Assembly (NCBI GenBank): GCA_043228905.1
Contig: JBHGNT010000017.1
Span: 9,424,001-9,488,000 of the forward strand
Direction of reading: 5' to 3'
Source: Azolla caroliniana
Lineage: Eukaryota > Plantae > Polypodiophyta
DNA length: 64,000 bases
Positions 10,994-24,400 of this stretch are shown in pieces (positions within the stretch are counted from its first letter, which is position 1; every line of letters begins with the position of its first letter). Under the pieces are notes generated by a model, which saw only the letters and a list, made by a program, of their open reading frames with translations, was not told the origin of the DNA and did no database searches. The position numbers and the translations under genes were made by a program.

Positions 10994-13900
10994 TTAAAGA
11001 CGACAAGTGGAACGAGTCGGCGCTAATTGCGGACCGGGTTTGTCCGGATACTTTCGGTGGAAATCAGCAAGAAGATCTTGTGCATTGGCAACATGCTCGA
11101 CGGGTTCCCAAGTACGTTCGCTCGGACTATAACCGAGCCAATCGACCAAGTAATAAAGTTTGTTGCGAACAAGTTTGGAATCGAGGATGGCAGCAACTTC
11201 ATACTCCGGGCCGGCGTCCAACTCCAGCGGGGGCGGCGGTGGTGTCACACGATCGGGAATGATGTTTGCTTTATAAGGCTCAAGAAGAGAACAATGGAAA
11301 ACCGGATGTATCTGAAGCTGCGGAGGGAGATCAAGGCGGAAGGTGACATCATTAATCTTCCCCGTAATACGGAAAGGACCGAGTCGTCGATAATCCAACT
11401 TGTCGCACAGTCGAGTAGTCTTGATGTGACGATGCAAGAGCCATACTCGATCTCCGATGGCAAAAGAGGAGGGAATCCGATGACGATCCGCATAAGTCTT
11501 CTGTGTGTGTTGAGCATGACGAAGGTGAGTAGAGAGATCCATCTGGATCTTGTGTAGCCTCTTCAAATGATCCTCGGCACGAGGGTTGGTAGGTAGCTCC
11601 GGAGTGTCGATCACCGACCAGCGAGGATGGAAACCGGTATAAGCAAAAAATGGGGAGACCCGAGTCGAGGAGTGAATAGCATTATTATACGCAAACTCCG
11701 CAAAGTGGAGAATCTCGGCCCAATCATCCTGTTGATAACTCAGGAAACACCGGAGATATTGCTCCAGCGTTTGGTTTGTTCGTTCCGCCTGTCCGTCGGT
11801 CTGAGGATGGTAGCCGGAGGAGAGGTTGCAGGAGACCTTGAGCATCTTGAAGAGATGCTGCCAAAATTTGGAGACAAATTGCGGGCCTCGGTCACTGATA
11901 ATACTGTTTGGGAGGCCATGATGCCGAAATACCTCACGCATAACAAGAGCGGCGGTTTCCTCGCTAATGATGACTTTAGTACATGGCACAAAATGTGCCA
12001 TCTTCGCATATCGATCGACGACGGTTAGGATGGCATTGAACCCCTTCGAGACCGGCAGATCTGTGATAAAATCAAGACAAATAGACTGCCATGGCTTACT
12101 TGGAATTGGTAAAGGTTCCAACAAGCCATATGGATGGTGTCGTGGCATCTTTGCTCAGCAGCAAGCATCACAGGTCCGAACGTAGTCGTCGACAAAACGG
12201 CGCATGTGGGGCCACCAAAAAGATCGTTGCACTAGCTCCAACGTCTTAGTACTACCGAAATGTCCCGCCGTATGGGTGTCGTGACAATGTTGGACGATTT
12301 GAAGGCGACAGGAGCAATCAGGGACATATACGCGCTTTTTAAAGAATAACAAACCATCATGATATTCGAATTGTCGGTCGTCAATACCTGGGTGTTGAGA
12401 CTGAGAACAGGATGCCCGAGAAGTATCAATGTGCACCAGGATGTCTTTAGCAAAACTATCCGTCTTCAAAGTTGCACGTATGTCATTGGTAATCCGTGAA
12501 TCCATCAGGGTGTGAAAAATCCGCATCGTGTGCAATCGTGTTGGTCCCAAGATTACTTGCTTTTGATTATCAAATGTTGCGTCACCAGGACGAGGTGCAA
12601 GATATGAACGCCGTGATAGTGCATCTGCTTTTCCTTGCTGCTTCCCCAATCGATATGTGATTTTGAAGTCAAAATGCGTGAGGAATTGCGCCCACCGAGC
12701 TTGCCGTCGATTTAGTACGCGAGCGTTCTAAAAATAAGCAAGATTTTTATGATCGCTAAAGACAATGACCTGATGTGGAGAGCCCTCTAAGAAATGCCGC
12801 CATTGTACAAATGAATCCACGATGGCTAATAACTCCTTGTCATGTATTTCGTAGTTGATTTCTGCGACATCGAATTTGCACGAATGGAAAGCCACCGGAT
12901 GCAACTCTTCTTTATCGCCTTGTTGAGAAAGGATGCTACCGAGGGCGAAATCGGATGCGTCGGGCGAAATCAATAGATCATCCAGATAAATGATCAAACA
13001 GATATCCAAGAGATCTCTGAATATATCATTTGCCATGTGTTGGAAGACTGCGGGTGCATTGGTTAGGCCAAACGGCATAACAGTATACTCGAAATGCCCA
13101 TACCGCGTGCGAAAGGTGGTCTTCCACTCATCTCCCGGTCGGATCCGCATGAGGTTATACGCTCGTCGTAGGTCGTTTTTAGTAAAAAACTTGGCATCAT
13201 TAACTCACTCTAAAAAAGTGCATACCTATTCCGGATGGTGACTTTATTCAATCCGCGGTAATCAACGACAAGACGAAGTGAGCCATCTTTCTTCTTGACA
13301 AAGAAGATGGGTGCACCGGCCGGAGATTTCGAATGGCGGATGAACCCGCTTGCCAAGTTCTCCTCTATGTAGGCTCGAAGGACTTCTAACTCGTTGGGTG
13401 ACAAGTTGTAAATTGGTCCCCATGGTGGCTCGGTTCCTAGTTGTAAATCGATGGGACAGTCATAGGGACAGTGATGAGGAAGGGTACCGGCTTTTACCTT
13501 GTCAAATACATCGGCATAAGGATGATATTTTGCTGGAAGTTGTACTGAGGAGTCCTTCTTAATAGTGCTGGAAGGATGTACTAATATTGCAAATAGGAAC
13601 ATTGCCTCCTCGGGTCCTTCTTCGCGTAGTTGATGGAGTGAAATGGTCGAAACTTGGTGAGTTGATTCTTGGGGTGGTCGATATCGGACTTCTCTTGTTC
13701 TCCAATCTATGGCTGGATTATGTAATTCAAACCAAGGTAATCCTAGGACAATGGGATGCTCTGGACTACTAATTATATTAAATGATATTACACACACAAA
13801 ACTACCTAGGACAACTTGAATGGGTTCTAATTCTTCTATAATATTCTCGGAAGCAATGGGCTACTACAGATGCGGGACAAGGAAGTTTTCTTAAGGATAT

Positions 13901-15270
13901 CTGAGAAGCTTGGCCAAAATTTCGATCCATGAAACAGGAATTAGCTCCGGAATCTAAAAGTGCTAGGACGGGTACTGGGGGAGTACTTTTAGTACTAACA
14001 ATGACTTGGGCTAGGAACACATTGCTAACTTGCTTGGAAGGAATGGAACCACTAATGGGCTGTACAGATCTGGGTTTGTTGTCCAACCAAACGGCTCCTA
14101 TTTTGGCTGGACTCAATCGTTTAACTCTTCATCTAATTGACTAAGGATTTCAAATTTATTTGAGATACTTGGGCTATTAGTACTATGAATACTATCAAAC
14201 ACTCTATTAGTACTATTAATACTATCAGACACTCCTAAGGGAAGAATTGACTCGGGTTTAGTACAGGCTACAATTTGATTTACCTGTCTTCTTGGCCTAT
14301 GGGGACAATTGATTGCGATATGCCCTGGTCCACCGCAATAAAGACATAATCGATTTGCACGTCGTCGTTGCTTTTCTTCTTCCGATAACGGGCCGCGTCG
14401 ACGCATGGTATCGATCTCCATCGGTATCGAAGTATTTGCTTGAGGAATGTCTCGTGCAAATGGTCTAGCCGTGACTGCGGCGTAAGTGGGCTCCAGCCTA
14501 GCGCGTGGTATCTGTAATTGACGTTCCGAACGTCGTTCGAAGAGGCGGTTGTCACATCGGACCGCTCGACTGATTGCCTCCGTAAGAGACTTTGGTTCTT
14601 CGGGGAAGGTTAGAAGTAGATCTTTGACATCATTTCGCAGGCCATAGCGAAACTGCTCCATTTGTGCTTGATCATCCCAGGGTATGTCGGAAGCGAGTAG
14701 GCGGAAATTCGCAGCATAGGCAGAGGCTGGATGATTGCCTTGACGCAATCGCTGGATCTTGTTGATCGCCGTCCTGATGCTGTCGGTGTCTCCAAAGCAG
14801 GCTTTGAACTCACTAATAAAATGTTCAAAGTTATTAAGCAAGGGCGATTGTTTTTCTAGAAGCGGAGCGAACCATGCTAAGGCTGAGCCGCTAAGCAATG
14901 TGCCTATTAAGCTGACTTGGGATGCATTAGTGGGGTATCAGGAAGGATGCATTTGGAGGACTAATCATACCTGATTAAGGAATCCCCTGAATTGCGATCG
15001 TGTTCCATCAAACTTCACAGGAAGTCCAATCTTCGGCTCTTTATGAAATCCTTGGGGACTTGATCCTTGTTGTTGCAATGCCGCTTCGAGTTGTTGTACC
15101 CGTAACGCTAACTCCCCATGTTGTTGTTGCGTTTGTTGCTTTTCTAGAGCGATTTGTTGTAGATCCCCTATCAGCCGTTGGTTTTCTTGTTCCAGGGCAA
15201 CAAACTTTTCTTTTAGGCACTGTAACTCGAAGAAAACGGATTGATATTCTTGGGTGCTAACAGTAGCCAT
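10994..15270 (-). pseudogene. Gypsy E gag-pol (disrupted)
   Basis: ORFs 14965-15270, 14113-14898, 13802-14116, 13210-13797, 12728-13150, 12155-12649 and 10994-12148. YLDDLLI is joined directly to DASDFALG, showing a deletion. Confidence 0.93.
14045..14125 (-). promoter_or_regulatory. Putative -1 frameshift signal between Gypsy E gag and protease
   Basis: G_TTA_AAC (14125-14119) one codon before the gag stop; the protease ORF is in the -1 frame; an 11-bp stem starts 6 nt downstream. Conserved in Gypsy D at 47310-47354. Confidence 0.7.
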
Positions 15271-15346
15271 AGTAGGGGGAAAAGGATATGAGGATGAGGG
15301 AGAACGACAAGTAGGCTGGAGGAAAGAGGAAAAAATTGGTTCAAAC

Positions 15347-15772
15347 TGTCAGGAATAGTGCTAAAGGAGAGATGGAATTAGTACTAAGAAGAGTAGTACT
15401 ATTAGTACTAAGAGGACGGGACTGCGTAAGATTCCCGAGAGAGAGGAAGTGAGAAGAGGAGAGAGAGAGAAATAGGATGATGACAGCAGCTCTTATATTA
15501 TATGGAAGATAAGTACAAATCGGCTAAGAGGCTTAAGACTGGTGTTGAACCAATTTGGTTCAAAACAATGCCTTGTGCCTCCTTTTATAGTGTTTTTAGG
15601 AATAATCCTGAAGCTTCTAGAATGTTCCAGAGAGATCTGGAATATACATCAATTTTCTATGATAAAGCATAAATGAAAATAATATCCTACAAAATACAAT
15701 TCATAGTCTAATGGTAAGAGCTCGACCCATGTAGCATAATGTCATGGGTTCGAGTCTTGCCATATCATGACA
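15347..15772 (-). repeat. Gypsy E 5' LTR
   Basis: Direct repeat of 10557-10982; TATA at 15589-15583; followed by the non-tRNA PBS gtttgaaccaattt. Confidence 0.97.
15609..15628. promoter_or_regulatory. Heat-shock element in Gypsy E U3 (second copy at 10819-10838)
   Basis: tGAAgcTTCtaGAAtgTTCc = four alternating nGAAn units, about 20 bp upstream of the TATA box. Confidence 0.7.
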
Positions 15773-18700
15773 GTTGTTGCTTTCCGACTGTCCATGTAGC
15801 TGGCGAAGTCCGAGTCGGTGTAACCGACTACGCCTGCGGTTGAGTTCGGATTAGAAAGAATGTCGTGATCTTTTGTGCCAGCTAGATATCTGAACACATG
15901 CTTGACTGCATTCCAGTGCAATCAGCCTGGGTTGTGCATGAATCTACTGACGACTCCTACGACGTGAGAAATATCAGGCCGTGTCGCGACCATCACGTAC
16001 ATAAGGGAGCCGACTACCGGTGCATACGGTACCAACTTCATATCTTCCCCCTCCGGACCAAATGTCGGGCAGTCTCGCTGAAACAGCCGAAGGTTAATGG
16101 GGAGCGGGGTCAAAGCAAACTTGGCCAAGTGCATGTTGAAGCGTTCCACTGTCGGGGTGCTTGTTTCAGGTCGTATAAACTCTTCCTAAGTCAGTAGACT
16201 AGATGTTCTAGGCCGGATGCCACAAAGCCTTTCGGCTGCTCCATATAGATGTCCTCTTGTAGGTCACCATGGAGGAATGCCATTTTTACATCTAGTTGAA
16301 TCAGCTCCAAGTTGTCGACAGCCATGACGCCGAGCATGAAACGAAGGGTTATCATTTTACACCACTGGTGAAAAGATTTCGTCGAAGCCGACGCCATATT
16401 CTTGTCAAAATCCCTTCGCAACTAATCTGGCCTTGTACTTTGGGTTGGTCAAGTCGGACGTCTCTTTTAGTCGATAGACCCACTTATACAGAAGAGCACG
16501 TCGATTCTTTGGTAATTCGACCAAGTCCCAGGTCTTGTTTGTGCAAATGGAGTGCATTTCCAACTCCATCGGTAGATGCCAGGTGGTTGAGTCGGCAGAT
16601 GGCGATGCTTCTTCGTAAGAAGTCGGTTCGTCGGCATCGGGTAAAGAAAATTCCGAGAGAGTACCTTTCCGGAGGTTGCAACAGTCTCTCGGATCTTCGA
16701 GGGTATGATTAGACTAGGCGCACCGGGTATAGGTGTCGGATGGTCAGAAGCCGAGCCATTCAGTTGTGCTGAATCGGTGGATTCAAGGCAAGGGATGTTG
16801 GTTACCCGTGAAACCGATCTCGTGTTGTGAGTTGGGCCTTCATGAAGAGTTGGCACTTCGGAAAATATTACTCTTCGGACTTCAATAGGCCTTTCAGCCA
16901 TTTTATGCATAGCCGACTCGTTGAACACGACGTCCAAACTTTGGACTATTTGTCTGTGCTCGGGGTCCCAGAGTTGGTATCCGATCTCACCGTCAGGTCC
17001 ATTTCCAAGGAAAACGCATTTCCTTGATCTTGGTTCGAGTTTCCGGTGGTCGTCTTTCGGTATGACGACATACGCCTCGCAGTCGAAGATCCTCAGCTTG
17101 CCATAATTCAGCTTATTGCCGGTCCATGTTTCCTGAGGTATTTTAAGTCCTAGAGGTCTACTTGGCGACATATTTATTATGTGTACTGCCGTAAGTAGAG
17201 CCCTCACCCAAAAGCCGTCCGACAGTCCGGAGTGTTGGAGCATGGATACTATGCGTTCTTGAATCGTCTGATTCATGCGTTCAACAATTCCATTCTGCTC
17301 TGGACTATAGGGTGCCGTATATTCACATCGAATGCTGCATTCCCAACAAAATTTGACGAATTCGTTAGACTTGAATTCTCCTCCATTATCAGTTCGGAGA
17401 CATTTTAGTTTCCGACCGGTCTGGTTTTCGACCATTGCAAGCCATTCGGAGAAGATCGAGAACACCTGATCTTTGGTTCTAATGGGGTAATCCCACACCT
17501 TCTGAGTCGAGTTGTCAATAAAACTGACGAAGTACGAAGCATCGCCGAGAGACTGATGTGGCATCGGGCCACAGACGTCCGAGTGGACCAAATCGAGGGG
17601 ACTCGATTCTCTTGGTGCTGATGTCGGGTGTGATGTGGCTACTTGTTTGTCGTACTGGCAATGCTCGCAGAATTGGTGATCTGAGAAGGAGAGCTTGGGG
17701 ATGTAACCGGCTCTGGATAGGTGTGTTATGCTAGCCTTGTTGAGGTGTCCAAGTCGTCCGTACCATAATGATGACACGGGGATATCAACCAAAAATAAGT
17801 CACTCTCTTTGAGTGTGACATATAAAGGGTACAAAGAGTGTATCTTTGGTCCTCGAGAAAGCAGGAGGTTCCCTTTGTGGAGTGTCCACCCACCTGATGA
17901 GAACCCGGCACGGATGCCGGCTTCGTCAAGTTGTCCGACTGAGATCAAGGGTCTTGAAAACTCAGGAACGTGTCAGACGTTGTGTAGTACGAGTGTAGAG
18001 CCACTCGGAAGGTTGAGCTCTACGGTGTCGATTCCTATTATGGCACAGTGTTGCGAGTTCCCGACTCGAACTGAGTCGGAGTGCCGGTCCGAGTATTGCC
18101 GGAACTGAGATCGGTGAGGTGTCACATCATACGATGCGCCTGAATCCAGGAGCCATGTGCTTGATTCCTCAATCGTAAGCAGAACTTCTGATTCGGCTAG
18201 GTTCTCTATGGATAGTATGTTTGGGTCAGTCGTCAAAATTTCGACTAAAGAGCCGACGTAGTTGACCTCCTCATGACGACTACTCTTTTGATTTGCTCTC
18301 TGAGCTTTGTCAGCTTTTGCTTTGAGTGTCCGGCAATCAGCTTTGATGTGTCTTGGTTTCTTGCAGTAGTTACAGATTCGGTTGTCCCAGGACTTGCTCC
18401 GGCTTCGCTGATTGTTCGGCGGTCAGGAAGAACTTCTTCCTCAGTTGTTCGATTGGTCGGTCGAACCTTGTACTACGTAAGCTTCATCTACCTTGTCTTT
18501 GGCAAAAGACTTTGTTCGAGCTGCTTCAGTCAGGATTGCGCTCGTGATCTCGGAGTACTTAATGGCAGTTGTTGAAGCATTGCACACAATTGTGGAGAAA
18601 TTTTCCCAGGACGAGGGGAGACTACTCATGAGTATCATTGCTCTGAGTTCATCCTCTATTGCCGTCCCTTGAGACGATATTTGGGAACTTAGGCTTTCGT

Positions 18701-21451
18701 ACTCGTTGAGGTGTGCTTGAACCGAATCAGATTCTTTCATCCGCAAGTTTTAGAGGCATCGGATCAGATACATCTTTGTTGCGGCGACCTTCTTTTCATA
18801 AGTTTCCGACAGTGTTTTCCAAAGTTCAAAAGCTATCGAGCATGATTGCACAGTGAAGTACATTGACTCCGACAAGTGAATCTGAATCGTGGCGCGGACG
18901 ATTCTGTCCAGCTTTAGCCACTCGTTTGCCTTGTATGCTTCTGGAGGATTTTCATTCTCAATCGGGTCTATCTGACCCTTGACTATGAGATAATCTTGCA
19001 TTTGTTCCTTCCAAAAGTTGAAGTTCAAACCGTTGACCTCCTTAGACTCATTTCGGATGAGCCGGATGTTGATGTCATCTGATTCGGTTTCGGTTGGTAA
19101 GACTTTTTTCGGAGTTGACTAGGAACCTTTGTTGGGTGCAACCAGTCGGCTCACCCGATATCATTCTAGTCGGTCTTGAACCTGCGTCGGTTTGGTTTCG
19201 GATACTTGTTTGCTAAACCTTCTTGACTTTGGTTAGCTTCTGATTGTATGCCAAATACCAATCACAAGAAACCAATTGTTTAGGTTGATTCTGCTTCGGA
19301 TGACTGCAACGATGAGAGGGACGGATCCAATTGATCCTCCCGAATGTCGATCAGCTTGAATGAAGCACGAATTTGGTTGTTTCCTGGAGACCAATCTGCA
19401 GCGAGTGGTTACAACAAGCGGGTGAATAGCATCCGGTGACCTATTCGGATGTTGTTTAACCAAATGAAGCACGATTGGGTCGGGTGTTGCACAAGGAGCT
19501 CACCTCAAGTGGTTACAATCATAGGAACATAGTACAACTGGCTAACTTACTCCAATTAGTGATTTAACATAGTGAGATGTGACGAGAAATATGCGGAATA
19601 ATCTCTGGCCATAGAAGAAATGGGAATGGACGAAAGTACACAAAACAAAAAGAGAATACACTGGATATTAACGTGGAAAAACCACGGGAGTCCACAGATT
19701 CCAAACTATCACTATGTCAAGTAATACAACGGGGGGCATAGAGGCAATGACCTCTTGCTCACAATCTTCGCCTAGTGGCCGTTACAACAGAGACACGATC
19801 TCTGTATATCGCTCTCTCTCTGTCTCTTACGCACTATACAGGAGTTACACCAATAACTCTACAATCTACATTGAGTTTGCCCTAGGTCATATTTATACTA
19901 ATATGACTTTCGGGTTATTTACAAATATAGCCCTAGTGGGGTCTCTGGAACATATTTACATATATGTCCCTTCATCCAGTGAGAGGTTCTCACCGGGCCT
20001 GCAACATCCGGTTCTCACCGGGTCTTCCTTGCCGGGTACTCGTCTTCCCGTTCTCACCGAGCTTGCAACATCCGGTTCTCACCGGGTCTTCCTATGACGG
20101 GCCTTCATATCCCATCTGGAGGGACTGAGATCCTAACAAACTCCCCCTTCACTCTGGCATGGGATGCCTCATCAATCCGATCCGCTTCCGGCTTGCGTCT
20201 AGCTTGTCGGGCGTCAGCACCTTGGTTAGCATATCCGACCCGTTCTCCTCTGTGTGGATCTTCGTCAGCACGAACTCTCGGTCTTCTACTCGCTCCCGAA
20301 TCCAGTGGTACCTCTATTGGATGTGCTTCATCTTGGAATGATACGATGCGTTCTTCGCAAGGTGGATGGCACTTTGACTGTCGCAATAGAGCTGATATTC
20401 CTCTTGTCGAATCCCTAGCTCTTCGATGAAGTCCTTCATCCATAGTATTTCCTTGCCGGTTTCCACCGCCGCCATGTACTCCGCTTCCGTGGTTGACAAA
20501 GCAACCGTCTTCTGCAGCCTTGATTGCCACGAAACTGCTCCCCCCGCATATGTCATGAAATATCCGGATGTTGACCGACTGGTATCCGCATCAGCCGACA
20601 TATTCGAATCGGTGAAACCGTCAAGTTGCAGTTTACCGGAGGCCGAATCGGAGACACATACTTGAGGTGCCTTTCAAGTATCGGAGTATCCATTTTACCG
20701 CATTCCAATGCTCCTTGCCGGGATTGCTCGTAAACCGGCTCACTACTCCAACTGCATATCCGAAATCCGGTCGGGTACACACCATTGCATACATTAGGCT
20801 CCCTACGGCAGAGACATATGGTATCTTCATCATATTCTCCTTCTTTGCCTTCATCTTTGGGCTTTGCTTACCGGATAACCTGCAATTTGCTGGGAGTGTC
20901 GATCCGACCGGTTTTGCATCTGACATGTTGAACCGCTGAAGCACCTTTGTCACGTACTTCTCCTCTGACAACCACAATTGCTTCGTTGGCCGGTCCCGGA
21001 TGATATGCATCCCCAACATCTGTCTTGCCAGACACAAGTCTTTCATTGAGAAGGTCTGGTTCGGGGCCTTCTTCAGCATCCGTATCTTGACTTGGTCTCG
21101 TCCGACGATCATCATGTCATCCACGTACAAGAGGAGTATCTGGAAGTCTCCACCTTCGAACTTCTTCACAAATACACAGTGATCGGTCTGCGTCTTGTGG
21201 TACCCTTGATCGGACATGAAAGAGTCAAACTTCCGGTACCATTGCCCTCCGATTGCTGCATGTAGATCTCCTCTTCGAGGTCGCCGTGGAGGAACACCGT
21301 CTTCACGTCTAAATGCTCTACCTCGAGGTACATGCTTCCCGCTATGCTCAACACCATCTGGATGGAAGTCATCTTTACTACCAGGGCAAATATCTCGTCG
21401 AAGTCCACGCTCTTCTTCTACTGGAACCCCTTCACCATGATTCTGGCTTTG

Positions 21452-24400
21452 TGTTGGGAATCGACGCTTCGATTCACCTTCTTCACTCGGCCACAACCAA
21501 GTAATCTTCGAATCAATGCAGCAGAAAATAGGAACCACAGAGAGAAACACACGAATACACAGGGATTAACGTGGAAAACCCTAGATGGGAAAAACCACGG
21601 GAGTACAAGACTCCAAACCAACACTATACAAAGAGAAGTATACAATGGCGAGCTGCAAGGCGACGACCTTGAGCTCGCTGTCCTCGCAACAGGCGGCGGA
21701 AATATACAGAGGCATCGTCCTCTTCCTCTCTCTCACGCTCTATCTCTCTCTCTCTCTCTCTCACGGCTGCTCCCTCTTCACTCCTCTTGAGTGGAAAAAC
21801 AGAAAAAAAATGATCAGCAACACTAAAACAGTTTGCCCTAAGTCATATTTATACATATATGACTTTGGGGCTATTTACAACTGTAGCCTCAGGGGCCCAT
21901 AGCAAACATATTCACGGATATGTCCCTGCATCCGGATCGCTCTCCGGGTACATTCGTCATCCGGCTCCGAAGCCGGGGTCTTCATCATCCGGTTCCGAAA
22001 CCAAAACCGGGCTCGTCGGCATTCATCTCCGACATCCGACCATCCCATCCGAAGGGACTATAATCCCGACAAACTCCCCCTTCACTTCGGCATGGGATGT
22101 CTTTCCAATCCGATCCTCTTCCGGCATGCTTCCAGCTTGTCGGGTGTGAGCACCTTGGTCAGCATATCCGACCCGTTCTCGTCCGTGTGGATCTTTGTCA
22201 GCACGAACTCCTTGTCTTCTATCCTTTCCCGGATCCAGTGATATCTTCGCTGGATGTGCTTCGTCCGGGAGTGATAGGCCGCGTTCTTCGCAAGGTGGAT
22301 TGCACTCTGACTGTCGCAGTAGAGTCGGTACTCCTCCTGCCGGATACCGAGCTCTCTAATGAAGTCCTTCATCCATATTATTTCCTTGCCGGCTTCAACA
22401 GCTGCCATGTACTCCGCCTCCGTGGTTGACAACGCAACCGTCTTCTGCAGCCTCGACTGCCACGAAACGGCTCCCCCTGCATACGTCATCACATACCCTG
22501 ATGTGGACCGGCTGGTATCTGCATCAGCCGACATATCCGAATCGGTGAAGCCGTCGAGTTCGGGCTTACCGGAGCTGAATCGGAGGCACACATTTGCCGT
22601 GCCTTTCAGGTATCGGAGTATCCACTTGGCCGCGTTCCAATGCTCTTTGCCGGGATTGCTCATGTACCGGCTCACCACTCCGACTGCATATCCTATGTCC
22701 GGTCTCGTACACACCATGGCGTACATCAAGCTCCCGACGGCTGAGGCATACGGCACTTTCATCATATCCTCCTTTTCAGCCTTTGTCTTGGGACTTTGCT
22801 TGCTGGACAGCTTGCAGTTTGCCGGGAGGGTCGATCCGACCGGTCTTGCTTCCGACATGTTGAACCGGTGAAGCACCTTCGTCACGTACTTCTCCTGTGA
22901 CAGCCACAACTGCTTCTTCTTCCGGTCCCGAATGATGTGCATCCCTAGTATTTGCCTCGCCGGACCCAGGTCCTTCATTGAGAAGGTTCGGTGAAGAGCC
23001 TTCTTCAGCATCCGTATCTTGACCTGGTCCCGTCCGACGATCAACATGTCGTCCACGTACAGGAGGAGTATTAGAAAGTCTCCTCCTTCGAACTTCTTCA
23101 CAAACACGCAGTGGTCGGACTGCGTTTTGAGGTACCCTTCGTCGGTCATGAAGGAGTCGAACTTCCGGTACCATTGCCGGGGAGCCTGCTTCAGTCCGTA
23201 AAGGCTCTTCTTCAACCGGCATACCAGGTGCTCCTTCCCTTTCTTCTCGAATCCTTCCGGTTGCTGCATGTAGATCTCTTCATCGAGGTCACCGTGAAGA
23301 AATGCCGTCTTCACGTCCATCTGTTCTACCTCGAGGTCCATGCTTGCCGCTATGCTCAGCACCGTCCGGATGGAGGTCATCTTCACTACCGGGGCAAATA
23401 TCTCGTCGAAGTCGACGCCCTTCTTCTGCTGAAACCCCTTCACCACGATCCTGGCTTTGTATCTCGGGGGGTTTCCGGCATCTCCCGGTTTCAGCTTGAA
23501 CACCCACTTGTTTCGAAGTGCCCGCTTTCCTTTCGGCAACTCCACAAGTTCATATGTGTGGTTCTCATGCAGGGAATCCATCTCGTCCTGCATGGCACTC
23601 AACCACCTGCGGCTTTGGGTGTCATGTTTTGCTTCTTCAAAGCTCTCCGGCTCCCCCTCGTCGGTTAGCAGCACGTGCTCTGGTTCCGGAAATCTCCGGG
23701 GGGGCCTTCTCTCTCTTAGAGGATATCTCCGTTCCGGAGCTTCGGTAACCGGTTCTTCCGATTCTTCTTCATCCGAATCCATTTCGGGATCGGGGCCGGT
23801 TCCGGTATCATTTTCATCTTCTTCGGCCGGTTCTGTTTCTACACCGTCTTCGGCCGGATCCTCGAGTGCTAACCGGTCCCTTGCCGGTCAGGACTGCTCC
23901 TCGTAGAGTTGATCCTCACCGGTCGACTTGGAGCTCTTCATCTTCTTCTCCGATTCCCAGTCGGCGAGTGTCTTGTTCTCCATGAAGATGATGTCTCGAC
24001 TCCTGAATATCTTCTTGTCGACCGGGTCCCATACTCGGTAGCCGAACTCGTCGTCGCCGTAACCGAGGAATATGCATGGCCGGGTCTTTGGATCTAGCTT
24101 TCCTCTCCGGTCCTTTGCCACATGCACATATGCGAGACACCCGAACACCTTCAGATGCCGGTAGGACACTTCCTTACCGGTCCACACTTTCTGCGGCGTG
24201 TCTCTGTCCAAAGGTACTGAGGGTGATCTGTTTATCACGTATGTCGCCGTCGACATTGCCTCAGCCCAAAACCCCTTGGGTAATTTCGCATGCGCCAACA
24301 TACTCCGGACCCTCTCCATTATGGTCCGGTTCATCCTCTCGGCCAGCCCGTTTAGTTCCGGCGTCTTCGGCACAGTAAACTCGAGCCGGATTCCCTTCGA

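Larger units (their letters stand above)
10557..15772 (-). mobile_element. Gypsy E, chromovirus (Tcn1-like), both LTRs present, internally deleted in RT/RNase H
   Basis: 426-bp LTRs at 10557-10982 and 15347-15772 with about 6 differences; TSD gttgt on both sides; PPT complement ctccccctt at 10987-10995. gag with CCHC, PR (LLDSGA), RT (YLDD), RH, INT and chromodomain (YEVAAILD...YLVDWLGY...TWEP). Confidence 0.96.
9617..19580 (-). mobile_element. Copia F, degenerate, interrupted by Gypsy E; 5' LTR missing
   Basis: 3' LTR 9617-9933 (TGTT...GACA) next to PPT complement ctcccc. RNase H 10077-10556, RT 15773-16500, INT 16467-17948, PR (WLLDSGAS) 17973-18236, gag 18441-19050. Confidence 0.85.
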
